DNA from: Lytechinus pictus
Taxonomy: Eukaryota
Reading direction: 5' to 3'
Assembly: GCF_037042905.1 (NCBI RefSeq)
Contig: NC_087251.1
Location: 11,410,001 to 11,474,000 of the forward strand
Length of the DNA: 64,000 bases
Notes under the pieces: model-generated
The model's input: the letters and a program-made list of their open reading frames with translations, nothing else
The model's database searches: none
What the model was told of the DNA's origin: nothing
Translations under genes and position numbers: made by a program
Shown here: piece by piece, positions 38,670 to 52,303 of the stretch
Layout of the letters: each line of letters begins with the position of its first letter
Numbering within the stretch: the first letter of the stretch is position 1

Positions 38670-38900
38670 TCACGTTTTCATATAATGTCCCTATGTGCTT
38701 CCAAAGGACTTAAGCCCCTTAGCTTATTACAGCGTGCACGCATTTCAAGAACTTAATCCAGACAGGTCTCTATTTACCTCACCTGGGTTGAGTGAAGTAA
38801 AGTGTGGATGTATTCCTTGCTGAAGGAAATCAACCCCATAGCTTACATTCAAACCCTACGATCCTCTGGTTAACAGGCGAGAGTCTGAATCAGTAGAATG
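38670..38900 (-). mobile_element. Degenerate SINE (tRNA-like head at right, tatagcgc tail at left)
   Basis: atttacctcacctgggttgag..ttccttgctgaaggaaa..ttcaaaccc pattern typical of reversed tRNA-derived SINEs; a similar tail fragment at about 46000-46075. Confidence 0.55.
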
Positions 38901-39369
38901 CAACACTTTCATATGATAACCATATTATTTTAGAGGAACATATAAAGTCCATTTGAGATTACCTTCCTGATCAAATTCCATGGCAATGCTCATGCATAAA
39001 TAATATACACTAAATAAGGTAAGCATATAATTATCTTTCAATAATCAGTGGTGTCGTTTTATTGAAAATTGTGCCATTAGAGAATCAAATGTGCGCTTAG
39101 ATTTGGAAGCTTCACAATTCGCTCACAGGAGTCGTTTTTACTTTGGCTCTTTTTTAAAATCTAAACCACTCATAAGCACATCCTCGAACATTGTTCTCCA
39201 TAATTTATTTTGAAACATGTCTCAAAAGCTTCGTCATATGCACAGGATCTTCTAAAAACCTTTTTCCCCCAAAGTATTCATAAATCCATAGCTAGCTCAT
39301 GAAAGTTTTTTCAAGTGTTATAAGTCATTAGTGAATGTAAAGAAACACTTCATCTTTCCACCTCTCTAG

Positions 39370-39453
39370 GTGAATGCCTTACAGTTTCCACCTCGTCGTC
39401 TTTTTGGTAACAAATCAGAGAGGGTAGTGCTAAGGAGAAGGATGGAATTAGAG
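39370..39453 (+). CDS. KIF16B: KIF16B exon, PX (VNALQFPPRRLFGNKSERVVLRRRMELE)
   Basis: ctctag|GTG...GAG|gtatag; FPP..LFGNK motif. Confidence 0.96.
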
Positions 39454-39949
39454 GTATAGTAATTCTTGGAAACTTCTCATAAGCTCTTGTAACATAACAT
39501 TATATTCAAATGTTCTTCATTGTATGCTGCTGTTCATATTGATGTATGTCAGATTATGAACAAAGACAAGGAGATAAACTAGTTATCTGACATTTAATTT
39601 GATTTTATTTTGATATATATATATATATTTTCTATTTCCAACAAATGAAATATGTTTGTTTGTATCCCACATCATGATCTCAGTCATTAAACAATAGATT
39701 ACCACATAGACAAGAGAATTGTTCAATTATGATTTATTCCTAACTGAAATTGGAGCAAAATTTCAAGCTCTACTTTCCCATCTATGCATTTCATATTAGG
39801 TATCAGGATAAAGTTTACAATTTTCAATTATTTGTATTAAATATCAAATATTTTTGCCTATGCTGGAGTTAATGACTCAAACTCCCCTTTTATTACCTTA
39901 ACACACCTTTGAATTTTGACCATATTCTTTGAATAAATTATATTTCCAG

Positions 39950-40105
39950 AGATATCTCCAAAACCTTATGCAAGTATGTATGAAGATCCCAAAGTGCCCC
40001 ATTGCTCCTGGTCCCGGCCGCGTCATCTCAAAACAGGTTCTCTGTGAGTGGTCACCGTTCTTCCGCAAAGGTGCCTTCGATATCACTAAGTACGGAACCG
40101 GGTGA
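39950..40105 (+). CDS. KIF16B: KIF16B last coding exon (RYLQNLMQ...SPFFRKGAFDITKYGTG*)
   Basis: ttccag|AGA TAT...GGG TGA; C-terminus matches vertebrate SPFFKKGVFDYSSHGTG. Confidence 0.95.
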   Translation, partial: RYLQNLMQVCMKIPKCPIAPGPGRVISKQVLCEWSPFFRKGAFDITKYGTG

Positions 40106-40804
40106 TGTAAACAATATCACTGAAGAACAATTTTGAAATCTGAACAGAACTTGCCAAAAAAAGTAAATGATTCCTACGTCAAGATGTTACTGGTGTATTA
40201 TGATCAGTGCTTCAGGAATTTACGCCTCGCTGTTGACCTTGCCATATTTTGTCTTGAAAAATGGAACAAATACAGTGGATTTTTCAAGTTTCTTTTTTTT
40301 TTGTCTGTATATTGTTTATGTTATTTCACCCGACTGCTATAGAGAAAGCATAAATGCTTGTAAATACACAATCTTCCAGAGGACCAATGACTTCACATCT
40401 TCTCTAAGGGACCTGGTAATTTGGATCAATTCTTTACCAAGGGTTGCTACTGCATTGACTTGTTTCAAACCCTGGTTGCTATATGTTGATGAGACTCTAT
40501 CAGCTGAAGCTTGAGCTATAATGTATTTTCAAATAAGGTATGGTCATATGATGTAATGTAGACTTGCAATTCAATTCTAATATACCTATATGTTAACCCA
40601 TTAAACACAATTTGATTTCTGCATATTACAAATTTTCCAAAGGTTTAACCAAAGTTATCTAGAGCATGGGGCTTAAAATTTTAGTAAATTTTGGGTCACA
40701 CTCATTCCTTGGATAAAATTTAGATTATCGGGCTCATATTGATCATCATATTAGAAATACAAGTATTTAAGAAATGTGTTTGAAATATCATCCTCTCTAC
40801 AGAG

Positions 40805-40940
40805 TGATTATAAAAGGTAATTTCTTTTTCATTGCACTCCAAATCACAGATCAATCATAATTGTAACCAGATTGATTATAAAAGGTAATTTCTTTTTTCA
40901 TTGCACTCCAAGTCACAGATCAATCATAATTGTAACCAGA
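40805..40940. repeat. 68-bp tandem duplication in the probable KIF16B 3' UTR
   Basis: tgattataaaaggtaatttc...cataattgtaaccaga twice. Confidence 0.9.
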
Positions 40941-43388
40941 ATGAATCTAGTTGAAAATCCTTTCATTTACAGCACTTGTTCTATAATTAATGCAGTTCTG
41001 AACCAAAAGAACAACAGTAAAGCCAGCACACTACACAATCCACTGTGATTTGCAGCAAAGCAGATTTCTGATTTTAGTATTCTTGGCATTATGCCAAACT
41101 TGAAATGAAGTAATTTTACCTATTGGCACTTTCATATTTCATGTAAAGTGCAATTTATTTTAAAATCTTGTTGTCGGATTGTGTAGTATGTGGCAAGCTT
41201 AAGAGTGTACAGTCCGTAATTGACTAGGGCAAGTAAACATAGATTGCTTTATATTCATAATATGCATAGTATATAATATATATGCACCAATAATGAAAAG
41301 ACTACTTAATCTTGCATTACAATCCTTTCACCATTGATATGAAAAGAAAAGCAACTGTTAGACATGAAATCTTCTAATTTGTAAAATACTGAAATACTGT
41401 GTTGTCGATCCCTTTATGATCAGAGAAAAAGGCTTTCATCTACTTTGTGTAATTTGTATTTATCATGATGATAATTTCTACTTAATGCATTTCATTGTTT
41501 CCATGTGTTTTTTTATGAAATTGGGTTTATGTGAACCTGCTACCTGTTTAGCAGTTTTATTTGCAATAGTAATTAGCCTTTGCTGACTTTGGAAAGGATT
41601 TCTGCAAAATAGAGGCAATAGTGGGCTGTGTGTAATAGATAATCAAGATTATATGAAATTAAGTTTAAAAAAAAACTTTGTTTAATGTGCTAGAAACGTG
41701 TGCTAATAAAATGCACCGCTCTTTCATTTTTAATAGAAAACAGAGTAGCACATGTGTTTTAAATGATAAATCCTTGCATCTAATTGGCTGATGCAATTTT
41801 ATTAGAGAGAAAAAGCACCAACAAAATGCTTTATGAAATGTTCCCTGGTTTTGTTATAGAAGTGGTGGTCTGGGTTAGGGTAGGGCATGTTTTCTACCCC
41901 CTTCCCCCCGATTATTTGATCCAGAAGTCTTATCCACTTTCACATATGATCAGTCTGTAATCGAGAAATTTTACCTTTCATCATTACCGCCTGAATTGAA
42001 AACTGTTAGAATGACCAGAATACTATATAAAGTACAATTTTCTAGTTAGCTTATCACATAATATCCATCAAGGACACAATGAAACAGAAATGAAAGAGCA
42101 TATGACAAAGATATTGTAAATTTTTTACTCCTCCTTTATTTACTTTTCTTTAATTTTTTTTTGGGGATGCAATAGCAGATTTTGGCTCTGAATAATATTA
42201 TGGTATATTATGTAATCTTTATTGTTAATGATTTATCTAACATAATAATACAAAATGTTCATTGTAGTTGCATGACTGTCGGACTGTCCACTTTACTATG
42301 ACTACTGCTATATAAGGAAATATTCAGAAATCTTGTTATAAAAAGTTTTTTAAGGTTTTCTCACCAGTTTTATGACCCTGATTAGATTATATTTTGTATT
42401 TTACAAGAAAGTTCCATCCTCATGGCATGTGAAGAAAGAAATAAATATTTAAATGGTGTATGTTTTAAAGAAAATATAGTCCCTGCAATGCTCATATATT
42501 ATTGTGAGAAAACTATTATATCAGTGACTATAATGATCATATCGCTTAAAGGGGCAATTTGTTAGCAATTGAATGATATGGGCCAAGTAGAATCAAAGTA
42601 TCATTCAAATGATAACATTTTAAAATGATTACGTTTTTGTTGTCACCAATTCAATATTTGTTCTCCTAAAAATATTTCATATTTGAGTTTCCTTTTTAAA
42701 TATGGGTTGAACACATACTTATTGTGTTTTTGTCTTATCAATTCAACTCAGATTCTGATATGTATAGCTTATAGTGTCACCACAGGTTGGAGATTCAAAG
42801 AATTATCCATTACAAAAGCAATGAGAGCTACTTATATATAGATTATTAATGTATTGATATATGTACTAGTATTGTTTATGTTCATTGTGTTTTGTTATCG
42901 GTTCATGTGTGCAGTTGTTATTTTAAATGTTATTTATGTAGCTAATCATTTTTGCTGCAGTCTTAATTTATTCTGTTAATGTTTGTTTTAAGTTTGATGA
43001 AGTTATAAAAGTTCGGTACTTGATCCATATGAATAATAGTCATAACAACTTTAAATCTTGTTTTGTTTTTGTTTTTATTTATTATTAGGGGGTATATTTT
43101 TAAGGGGGACGGGGTATAGGATATAAAATAGATTGATGGAATTCATTAAGGTGGTTGAGATTTAGATCATGGACTTTTCATATTTTGTGGGATGGGTACA
43201 CTTCATTTATCTTGTTTAGCATGTTCCTACCATATTGTTTGCATTGTAAACTTTGAATTACAACTCATTCATTTTAATAATTGTATAACATGTGAAATTA
43301 CAAATTCCAGGCATGGAATTAGTCTCCTATTCACAAACCTCAAATAAAAAGTATCATACCTCACACCACATACATATGTATGTACATA

Positions 43389-44037
43389 CAGTTGAGGCCA
43401 AAAGTTTACAGACACCCATGGAATTCACTGAAATTTATTCACTTGCCAAACATCCTAAAATTTACTATATCTTCAGAAATATAAATACTACCACGATGAG
43501 TTTGTTATCAAATGAAAGAGCATATTAAGCTCTTTCACATAATTGGGATGACGTTGGGATTAAAGTATGTTTCAGGTAAAATTTTCTTTGAAAAAAAAAG
43601 AAGTAATATTCATGCCAAATGTATTCTATTGATTGTTATTATATTTTCAAACATTGTTTCACAAAAATAGAGACATGTCAAATCTATTATTTATATTACA
43701 TTTTCTATCAAGATATGTCACCATTGAACTAAAAAGTGTAATCTGAAATGTTTGTGTTGAGAAGAAACTAGCACAAATATGAAATTTTTTTGTCAAGGTT
43801 TTATTTCAAGTTTGTCTAAAATATGAAGATTTTTGGGGAAAAAATGACACCTCAATATTTTTCAGCTCCTGATGACAAAGCAATGTGAAGAAGGGGCATG
43901 ATATACTAATTTCTTTTATATCAAATTTATCATGATAGCACAAATATTTTATAAGATACAGTAAATTTTATGATGTTTTGCAAGTGTCAACTTTTCTTTT
44001 AATTCCCTGGGTGTACGTAAACGTCTGGCCTCAACTC
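43389..44037. mobile_element. Tc1/mariner-type non-autonomous element
   Basis: TA|CAGTTGAGGCCAAAAGTTTAC..ACACCC ... GGGTGT..GTAAACGTCTGGCCTCAACTC|TA. Confidence 0.8.
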
Positions 44038-45360
44038 TATATGTTTCAAATGTTTCAAAATGTATTTTAACAATGTATTTTAACACTATATCAGGCAAAT
44101 GTTTTTCAGTGTCTATAAAATCATTTTATGTGATATTCATCCCACTTATGTCAACATTTCAAATTTACTAGATTTTTTTTCCATTTAAGAAAAAAAGGCA
44201 TGCTGCTTTTTTTTTCTAAATTGCTATGAAAATGTCAGTGCAATAAACAGTGCGTATCATAATTAAGGTAATTTATATTTAGAGGGCTAAACTATAAGAA
44301 GATATCGAATATTACTAGCTGAACTTTTCAGAATATGAATATTTTTTCTTGTATCACTAACATCATTGGTAACTGAATTCATTGATCTGAATGACATTTT
44401 TTCTGAGTTTTTGTAAAAGTGCATGGAAACTGGTGATTTAGTCAGAAAATCCACCTTTCGGCCTTGCATTCATGGACATAACCCCCCCCCCCAAAAAAAA
44501 AAGGTCTATCCAAAATTATAATAACTTAATCTCATGAAATTTATACCAACATGGCCATTTCCAGTCATAAAGAAATCCCCCAGTTTATGCATCAGTGAGA
44601 GTTTCACCTCGGCCTCTACTTGCCTAAACTTGGAGGAAAAAATAAATAAATTGTATGTGATGTCTTTGACATCTATTTATTTGATTCATTGTGGTGTCAG
44701 ATGTAAAGGTTATGTATTTTTGAAAAGCTGAGAAGTTGCTCTTTCATATTCTGGCATTTAGATTGTAATATATTCAATATTTTATGAATATATTACACCT
44801 CTAAAATTTTCATTAAATTTGTTTGATACACACTGTAGCACTTACTCCCATTTATAGTTATTCTAACTCAAATCATTTACTTATTCATTATTGTCTGTGC
44901 TACTTGTGTAAGCTCTTCAATAGAATGTTTTTCACAAATTAATGGGTTTAATCTCTTTTGATACCTTATTAATATGTCATTACACTTTCACTTCGATATA
45001 AAAAAAAGTATCACAATGTATTGTTTGTTTTAGTTTGTGCAAGAGGATATAACTTCTCCTTCTTTTATATTCTTAAGCTATATTGATGCGTCTTTAATAC
45101 TTATAAAGATAAATACTTAAGAATGTATAAATGTTTATTTTGTACATAATGTTGTAGATATTGTATATTGAAATGTCTTTCTATTTTCTTATCTTTAAGC
45201 TACATAATGATATGATGCATTGGTAATCACAACAAAAAATTGACATGGATAAGAATATTTTCTTTGATTTAATAGGATAACTTAAATGCAAGCCCAGAAA
45301 GTTAGAATTGTTTCTAAAATGATTATCAAGACATTATAATGAACGTGTTGCATGTTTTAA

Positions 45361-45941
45361 AGGACAAGTCAACCCCAACAAAAAGTTGATTCAAATATAA
45401 AGAGAAAAATGCAACTAGCATAACACTGAAAATTCCATCAAAATCTGATGTAAAATAAGAAAGTTATGGCATTTTAAAGTTTCGCTTAATTTCACAAAGC
45501 AGTTATATGCACATCCTGGCTGGTATGCAAATGAGGAGACTATGACGTCATCCACTCACTATTTCTTTTGTATTTTATTATATGAAATATTCGAATTTTC
45601 TCATTGTCAAGTGATACAATTATTAATTCCTCCCTGAACATGTGGAATTAGCATTGTTTAATACTATATGGTTCAGTCAAGTTGGTCCTTATTGTCAAAT
45701 CTATAAAAAATGAAATATTGTATAATTTAAAAAATAAAATACAAAAGAAATAGTGAGTGATGGACATCATCGACTGACTCATCTAGTTGTGCATATCACT
45801 GTTTTGTGAAAAATAAGCGAAACTTTAACATTTCATAACTTTCTTATTTTACATCCGATTTTGATGAGATTTTCGGCACCATGCTAGTTTGATTTTTCTC
45901 TATTTATTCAAGTCAGCATTTTCCTGAAGTGGACTTGACCT
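45361..45941. mobile_element. TTAA-flanked Kolobok-like MITE (family of 12913-13515)
   Basis: TTAA|AGGACAAGTCAACCCC ... GTGGACTTGACCT|TTAA. Confidence 0.85.
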
Positions 45942-48900
45942 TTAAAATATGAATTGGGTCAAAATACCATACGACTTATTTGTAATAATGATGATAATAA
46001 TTGGATGTATATAGCGCTTTTTGCCTGAGGATACAAAGCGCTTTTTATTATTACCCCGGCTTCAGCTCAAGCTACCATTTGTAAACTTTATCATAGACGT
46101 TGAAGTTGCCTTGTGATATATTATCTTTCAACAAAACAAACAAAAAATTGAAATGATTGTATCGGAAGGTTGCAGGTTTTTTGTACTTTTTCATCATTCT
46201 TAACTAGTATTCTGAGCAGTCAGCAAATGTTTTCTTGTATATTGAATGTGAAAGAAGATCCTATCATATCATTCTTGTGTTAATTCTGTTAGGAAGCAGA
46301 AAAATAAAACATATTATAGTGTCATAAAATTCACCAGGCATTCTGACAATATAAGCACATTTTAATACCCACTGTAATTATGGTATTGAACTATTGTTCT
46401 GAAGCTAAATGACTCGATCACTGATTGAAGAGATATACGTTCCACTAGTATGATGATGAAATGATGGTGTTTTATGAATTAAACTGAAAGTAGTATTCAT
46501 CATGTGTATTTATTGTCAATATCTTTCTTTTTCCTCATTCATGATGATCTTTTAGCATTTTTTTTGTTTTCTGTTATGATTTATCATCCCCTGATCCGGT
46601 TCCAGAAATAGTCTAAATTTTATCCTTTCTTTCAGTTGATAAACTTTCATTAGAGTGACAAAAAGGCCTTTGGCCTGACCATATATATTAAGTTAAGGTA
46701 ATCACCTTTTGAATGACCTAAGTTGAAGATGTAACTTTGAATGGTCAATGATAATTGACAAAATAAATCATGAGTATTTTGATGCAAATAAATAATTTTT
46801 CTAGACTGAAGAAATTTTTCCATGGTATTTTTATTTTATGTGTCAGCCCCCGACGTCTTTCAATTACTTTCTCTTTTTACTATGAAGGCGATTTCCCGAG
46901 CAAATATGATTCAAGATTATTGCAGCTTCTTTTCTTCCTCCTTCTCTTCCTCCTCTTCTTCATTTTAATATTAATGTCCAAGTCTTTTGGTAGCGCATAG
47001 AAATGATATGCGCTATATACAAGAACGGTTTATTATTATTCTTTCTTTCTCTCTCTCTTCTTCCTGTGCTTCCTCTTTGCCTTTCTCTTCTGTTCTTCAT
47101 TATTTCCCCCACTCTCTTTCCTCTTCTCTTCTCTTCTCTTCTCCTCTCCTCTTTTTTTTTAATATCCCCTTTTCTCTTTTGCCCTTCCAGAAGAGGGATT
47201 CGGCCCCCTTCTGGATCTGTCTATATATGATCATTGTTATTTTGATTCCTACTGTACATGAGACATCCTTGAAATGTGTAGGGATCACATACCCCCTCCC
47301 CTGTCAATCTAGGTCTTTTGATCATGATTATTTTGTTTCAATATATTATCTTTACACTACAAAACAAGAAAGAAACAGAAATGGGGAATATAAAGAGTGA
47401 GAGAAAAAGGAAAAGATAAAGTTGGTATGATAGAGAATTTTTTTTCCACTTATCCACTGGAGCTGAATGCAAGAAATTTTGTAACTTTAGGGCACCAAGC
47501 CAAGTTGTTTTTTTCTTTCATAACCCGTTATTAATTCTAATAGTTTTTTTTTGGGGGGGTGTCAGGTATCCGACTTTGGCATCCACTTATTTGGGGTAGG
47601 AATTTATCTTTCATACCGGCGACTTATTTTGAAAGAGCTAGTTCTGCATTATGCGGCATTTTTTTGGCATTTTGAACAAATATTTAAATATCTCGTTAAC
47701 TCCGTATATAAGCCTATATAGGAAGAGGGGTAGGGGTGCTAAAATCCTTGAAAATTATGACTAAAATTGTTGTTTGTCAATGTTTGTAAATCCATTGAAT
47801 TTGATATAAACATAATTTTCAGTTATTTGTTTTCTAATATTTTGGTCGGTTTGAGAGAATCAATTATATTTTTTTTGCCATTGTTGTTGAGGTTACTTTT
47901 TTCAGTTAGTTTCTTGATTTTTTTTTTTTCAAATTCATATCTTAAAAAAAAAAAAAGGGAAGAAAAAGAAAAGAAAAAACCCTGAAATTGTTTATTGTTA
48001 CATGTTTTTGGAATTAAGGTATCTGATATAACAATTTTCAGTTAGTAAAATATATGTATTAGTCGTTTTAGAGAATCAGTTATTGTTTCATTTCTTTATA
48101 TGTATTTCCTGTTATTGCTTTTTCACTTAGCTACCTAATTGTTCTGTTTATTTTTTTTAGAAAGAAAAAAAAAGAGGAAGAGAAAGTTTCCCTTGGACCC
48201 TGGACACCCCCCCCCCCCCAGATGTAAAAATATATTTTTTTACGTAACTGATAATCGTGTCATATATCAGATACCATAATTTCACAAACATATAACAAAC
48301 AAATATCAGTGATTTTTTAGGAGCAGTAGCCCCACCCCCTGCATCCAACTGTACATGATGGAACACTTGTTACTTAATTGTATTTCCCTTGATCGGTATT
48401 AAGGTCACCTTCTCATTGTATCCGCCTGTATCTATCCTTGAAGTTTTCAACACCGTTTGGAAAAAAAAGAAAAGCATATTGGGAATCGAACCTGGACTTC
48501 CACTGTCAGAAACATTGCACTAGTGTGAGTGCTTTCTGGGCATTCCTGTAGGCAGCAGGGCCAGATAGCTTTTAAACCAAACCTGGCTCGGTGCCTTAAA
48601 ATGACGAAATATCATGCGTTGGGCTCCTGCCGTTCAGTGGTAAGGCATGTGTCGAGGTGTAGGGTTCGATGCCTACTGTTTCTTTATCCTTTTTTTCTAT
48701 TTCTTTCCGTCTTTTTTTTTTAGGGGGGAGGGGGCCTGCTGCCTACAGGAGCGCCCAGATAGCAACTGACATAAGTGCAATGTTTATGACCCTGGAGGTC
48801 CAGGTTCGATTCCCAATATGTTTTTTCTAAATTTTTTGTAAACAACTTTGGAAGCTGCAAGAATACACGAAGGCAAATATAGTGAGGTGACATTAATACC

Positions 48901-50559
48901 GATCAAGGGAAATACAATTAAAGGAGAATGAAACTCTTGGAGCAAGTTAGCTTTTGTGAAAGCAGAAAAATCAAAGAATAAGATTGTAGGATCTTATTCA
49001 AAGTTAGATAACCCTTTTGTTAAAGTCCATGTTTTGTTAAACTCTTTTGTTAAACTCCATGTACAGATGTGGACTGCATACCTTAGTAACTGAACTATAG
49101 GCATGATAGGTTGCCTGGTATTTCAACAGGCTGGGTTGTCATAATAAGTAGACTATAGGTTAACAGGTGTGTAGGATGACAGACTCTTTGTGTTACATAT
49201 TTCTGTTTGGTGTGCTGGCGAGAAAAGCCAAGCCAGCTCACTCTGACTTCTGATTTTGGAGAGGAAGGTCCGTTTTGGGGTGTTTCCTAACCAAGGAAAA
49301 GGGCGTGTGCCACAGTGCGGGCAGGTTCCTTTCTACTCATGCCGAATTGTAAGTAATGTTTGGTTTATATGGTTTTAATGTTAATACAATTCTTATGCTT
49401 AATATGGCATGTCTGTTTTCGGAAAGAAAGATAGATTTACATATATATATTCTGCTCATTTTGTCACCAAATTACATATATTTCTTATCTTACTCCATTC
49501 CTCAAAGTGAATACAATTATCCTTACTAAAATGAACAAAGTTGTATTTTGCTATTTAAAGTCGTACAATTCTGTGTCATTTATAAAAAGCTTGTTATGCA
49601 AATTATGAATATTTCATGTGATACCTCCGGTGAAGGAAACGTATTTTGCAAGTCTGTTAAAGTCAATTATATAATCGATCTACGATTCAGAGAGAAAGTT
49701 AATTATATTAGATTTCTCCACACTGTTATGTATTTTTTGACTATCACAAAGCTCATGCTAATAAAAGCTTGTTATTTATTTACTTTGATAATATGACAGC
49801 TAATTTCGATAAGCTGACATCTTTGTGAATAGAAAATTGTTAGGGTCTTTGCTGTTAAGTATTTGGTCTATTCCTATTTTAGGCGGCTGTCAACCTAGGG
49901 TCAACCCAGGGTTAATGTAGAGTCAACGTACGTAGGTCAGGGTAGCACCTATACCCGCTATGTCAAGGTCATGAGTCACAGAGGGGAATGACTCACTTCA
50001 GTCAGCCGAAGCTACGGTTCGTCGGACTCGACCATAATTCTTAACAGCAAAGACCCTAACAATTTTCTATTCACAAAGATGTCAGCTTATCGAAATTAGC
50101 TGTCATATTATCAAAGTAAATAAATAACAAGCTTTTATTAGCATGAGCTTTGTGATAGTCAAAAAATACATAACAGTGTGGAGAAATCTAATATAATTAA
50201 CTTTCTCTCTGAATCGTAGATCGATTATATAATTGACTTTAACAGACTTGCAAAATACGTTTCCTTCACCGGAGGTATCACATGAAATATTCATAATTTG
50301 CATAACAAGCTTTTTATAAATGACACAGAATTGTACGACTTTAAATAGCAAAATACAACTTTGTTCATTTTAGTAAGGATAATTGTATTCACTTTGAGGA
50401 ATGGAGTAAGATAAGAAATATATGTAATTTGGTGACAAAATGAGCAGAATATATATATGTAAATCTATCTTTCTTTCCGAAAACAGACATGCCATATTAA
50501 GCATAAGAATTGTATTAACATTAAAACCATATAAACCAAACATTACTTACAATTCGGCA

Positions 50560-52303
50560 CACTGGCGTAAATCCGTGTTGAGGGGTGGGGGGGATGACTG
50601 AAATATTTTGGCATTTTTTTTGCATTCATGTTTTTAGATATGCAAGGAATTGTAATTGATATGTCCACAATGGCGTACCGTGGGTCACGGTATTGTGGGG
50701 GCACCAGCAAAATTTTTGAATCACTGAGTGAGCGCGCGAAGCGCGCTCAGTTGCTAGTTATTCTGACCTAATAGAGACATTTTAAGGACAATGTCATTGA
50801 ACGGATATGTATCTCACTGATCAAATAATGCGAGCGCGAAGCGCGAGCTGAATTTTTTTATATTCACACCTAAAAAGGGACATTATAATCAAATTTGCGT
50901 AATCATGATAGTTACCTGTCTCGCTAAACAATGCGAGCGCGAAGCGCGAGCTTAAATTTTCGTATAATTTGACCCCAGCAAACAGCGAGATTTTAAGGAA
51001 TATATTTTAGGAATCCATTAAGAGTATGCATATCTCACCATAGTCATCTAATGCGAGTGCCAAGCGCTTGCTGATTTTATTAGAATTACATCTGAACACA
51101 TGAAACACTTTTTGTAGTCATTGCAATCATGATTATCATACGCACCTCACTAATCAAATATTGCGAGCGTGAAGCGTGAGCAGAAAATTTAGATAAGTTA
51201 GATAATTCAGACCTGAAGTGGGGCATTCTAAGGTTTCTTTGTAGGAATTAACTTGGACCATACGTATTTCATTAACCAAATGATGCGAGTGCGAAGCGCG
51301 AGCTGAAAATTTTTGATATTCAGATCAGAAAAAGGGACATTTTAAGGACTGATTTTAGGAATTCATGAAGAGCAGACATATCTCACCAATCCACTAATGC
51401 GAACGTAATCACGGACAGGAAATGTTTTTATATATACGAAGACCTTAACATGGGGCAATCACTTTTTGAGTTATGTAAAAGAAGCATACTAGGCCTATGT
51501 CACTACATAAAACAATGATAACTCAAGTGCTAGGAAATATATTTGGTTTATATTGACTTGAAAACGGGATGTTTTAGTACAACAGGATTATATATCTCGT
51601 TGAACAGACAATGCGAGCACCAGGAACAATGAAGACGTAGGCCCTGGGCAAATTATGTTTCATAAAGTTATGATAAAAATGTTTCTTATGTAATGTAACA
51701 TAACATACTTATAATATGATATAACATTATAATGAATAATACTTTCTTCTTTCCCACTACGTTTCTTTTCCTTTCTCCCTCTTTTCTCTTTTTCCCCATT
51801 TCCCCGGGGTTTTTTTGGTCAGCCGATGGGGGAGCATGTGCCTCCCATGCCCCCCCCCCCCCGTAGTTACGCCACTGTATGTCCATATTGCAAATACCCC
51901 TCCAATAGTATTATCTTTTACCCCATGATGGTTTAATGATTTTTATTAGAGATTACATTCAAAAAATTTTGACATTCCATCTTAATCCCTTCCCAAAGAC
52001 CCCAACATTGATGAATTGGAAGAAACGGGGGTTTCTCTTCAATGTTATAATAAGGACATAAGTATTTCGTTTGGAAATGGTGAACTGGCTCTTTATTTGC
52101 ATTTTATGATTCAATAATATTGTTTTATTTGTTAAGCGGTATTTTAGGAAGAATTTTCACCAATAAAACAATTATCTCTTGTGATTTTTTTAAATTTCTT
52201 TCGTAAAAAGTGGGGGGGGGGGATGATTGTACAGGCCATCCCCCCCTCCTCGAAAAGTGGGGGGGATATATCCCCCCCATCCCCCCCGGGATTTACGCCA
52301 GTG
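50560..52303. mobile_element. hAT-like non-autonomous element, 8-bp TSD ATTCGGCA (nest layer 4)
   Basis: ATTCGGCA|CACTGGCGTAAATCC ... GGATTTACGCCAGTG|ATTCGGCA. Confidence 0.92.
50668..51877. mobile_element. hAT-like non-autonomous element, 8-bp TSD TATGTCCA, internal tandem array (nest layer 5)
   Basis: TATGTCCA|CAATGGCGTA ... TACGCCACTG|TATGTCCA; about 100-120-bp units carrying gcgagcgcgaagcgcgagc. Confidence 0.9.

Larger units (their letters stand above)
430..40105 (+). other. KIF16B: Kinesin-like protein KIF16B gene span (3' part: FHA, coiled coil, PX; motor domain upstream of window)
   Basis: 17 GT-AG exons join in one frame (3171 nt including stop). Recognisable KIF16B motifs: LTKEWASKWKETQNLL, EGVGVVLDSELPHL, FRFKHPAEA, RINRLVEEEVKKRL, PX motif WIVFRRYRRFRELH and C-terminus SPFFRKGAFDITKYGTG*. 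Confidence 0.95.

Noticed and set aside
46770..47400. Hydrophobic F/L/S-rich ORFs
   Set aside because: Pyrimidine-rich low-complexity DNA without splice or homology support
49548..50351. Identical 82-aa ORFs on opposite strands
   Set aside because: A consequence of the inverted arms; TTG start, AT-rich, no recognisable protein
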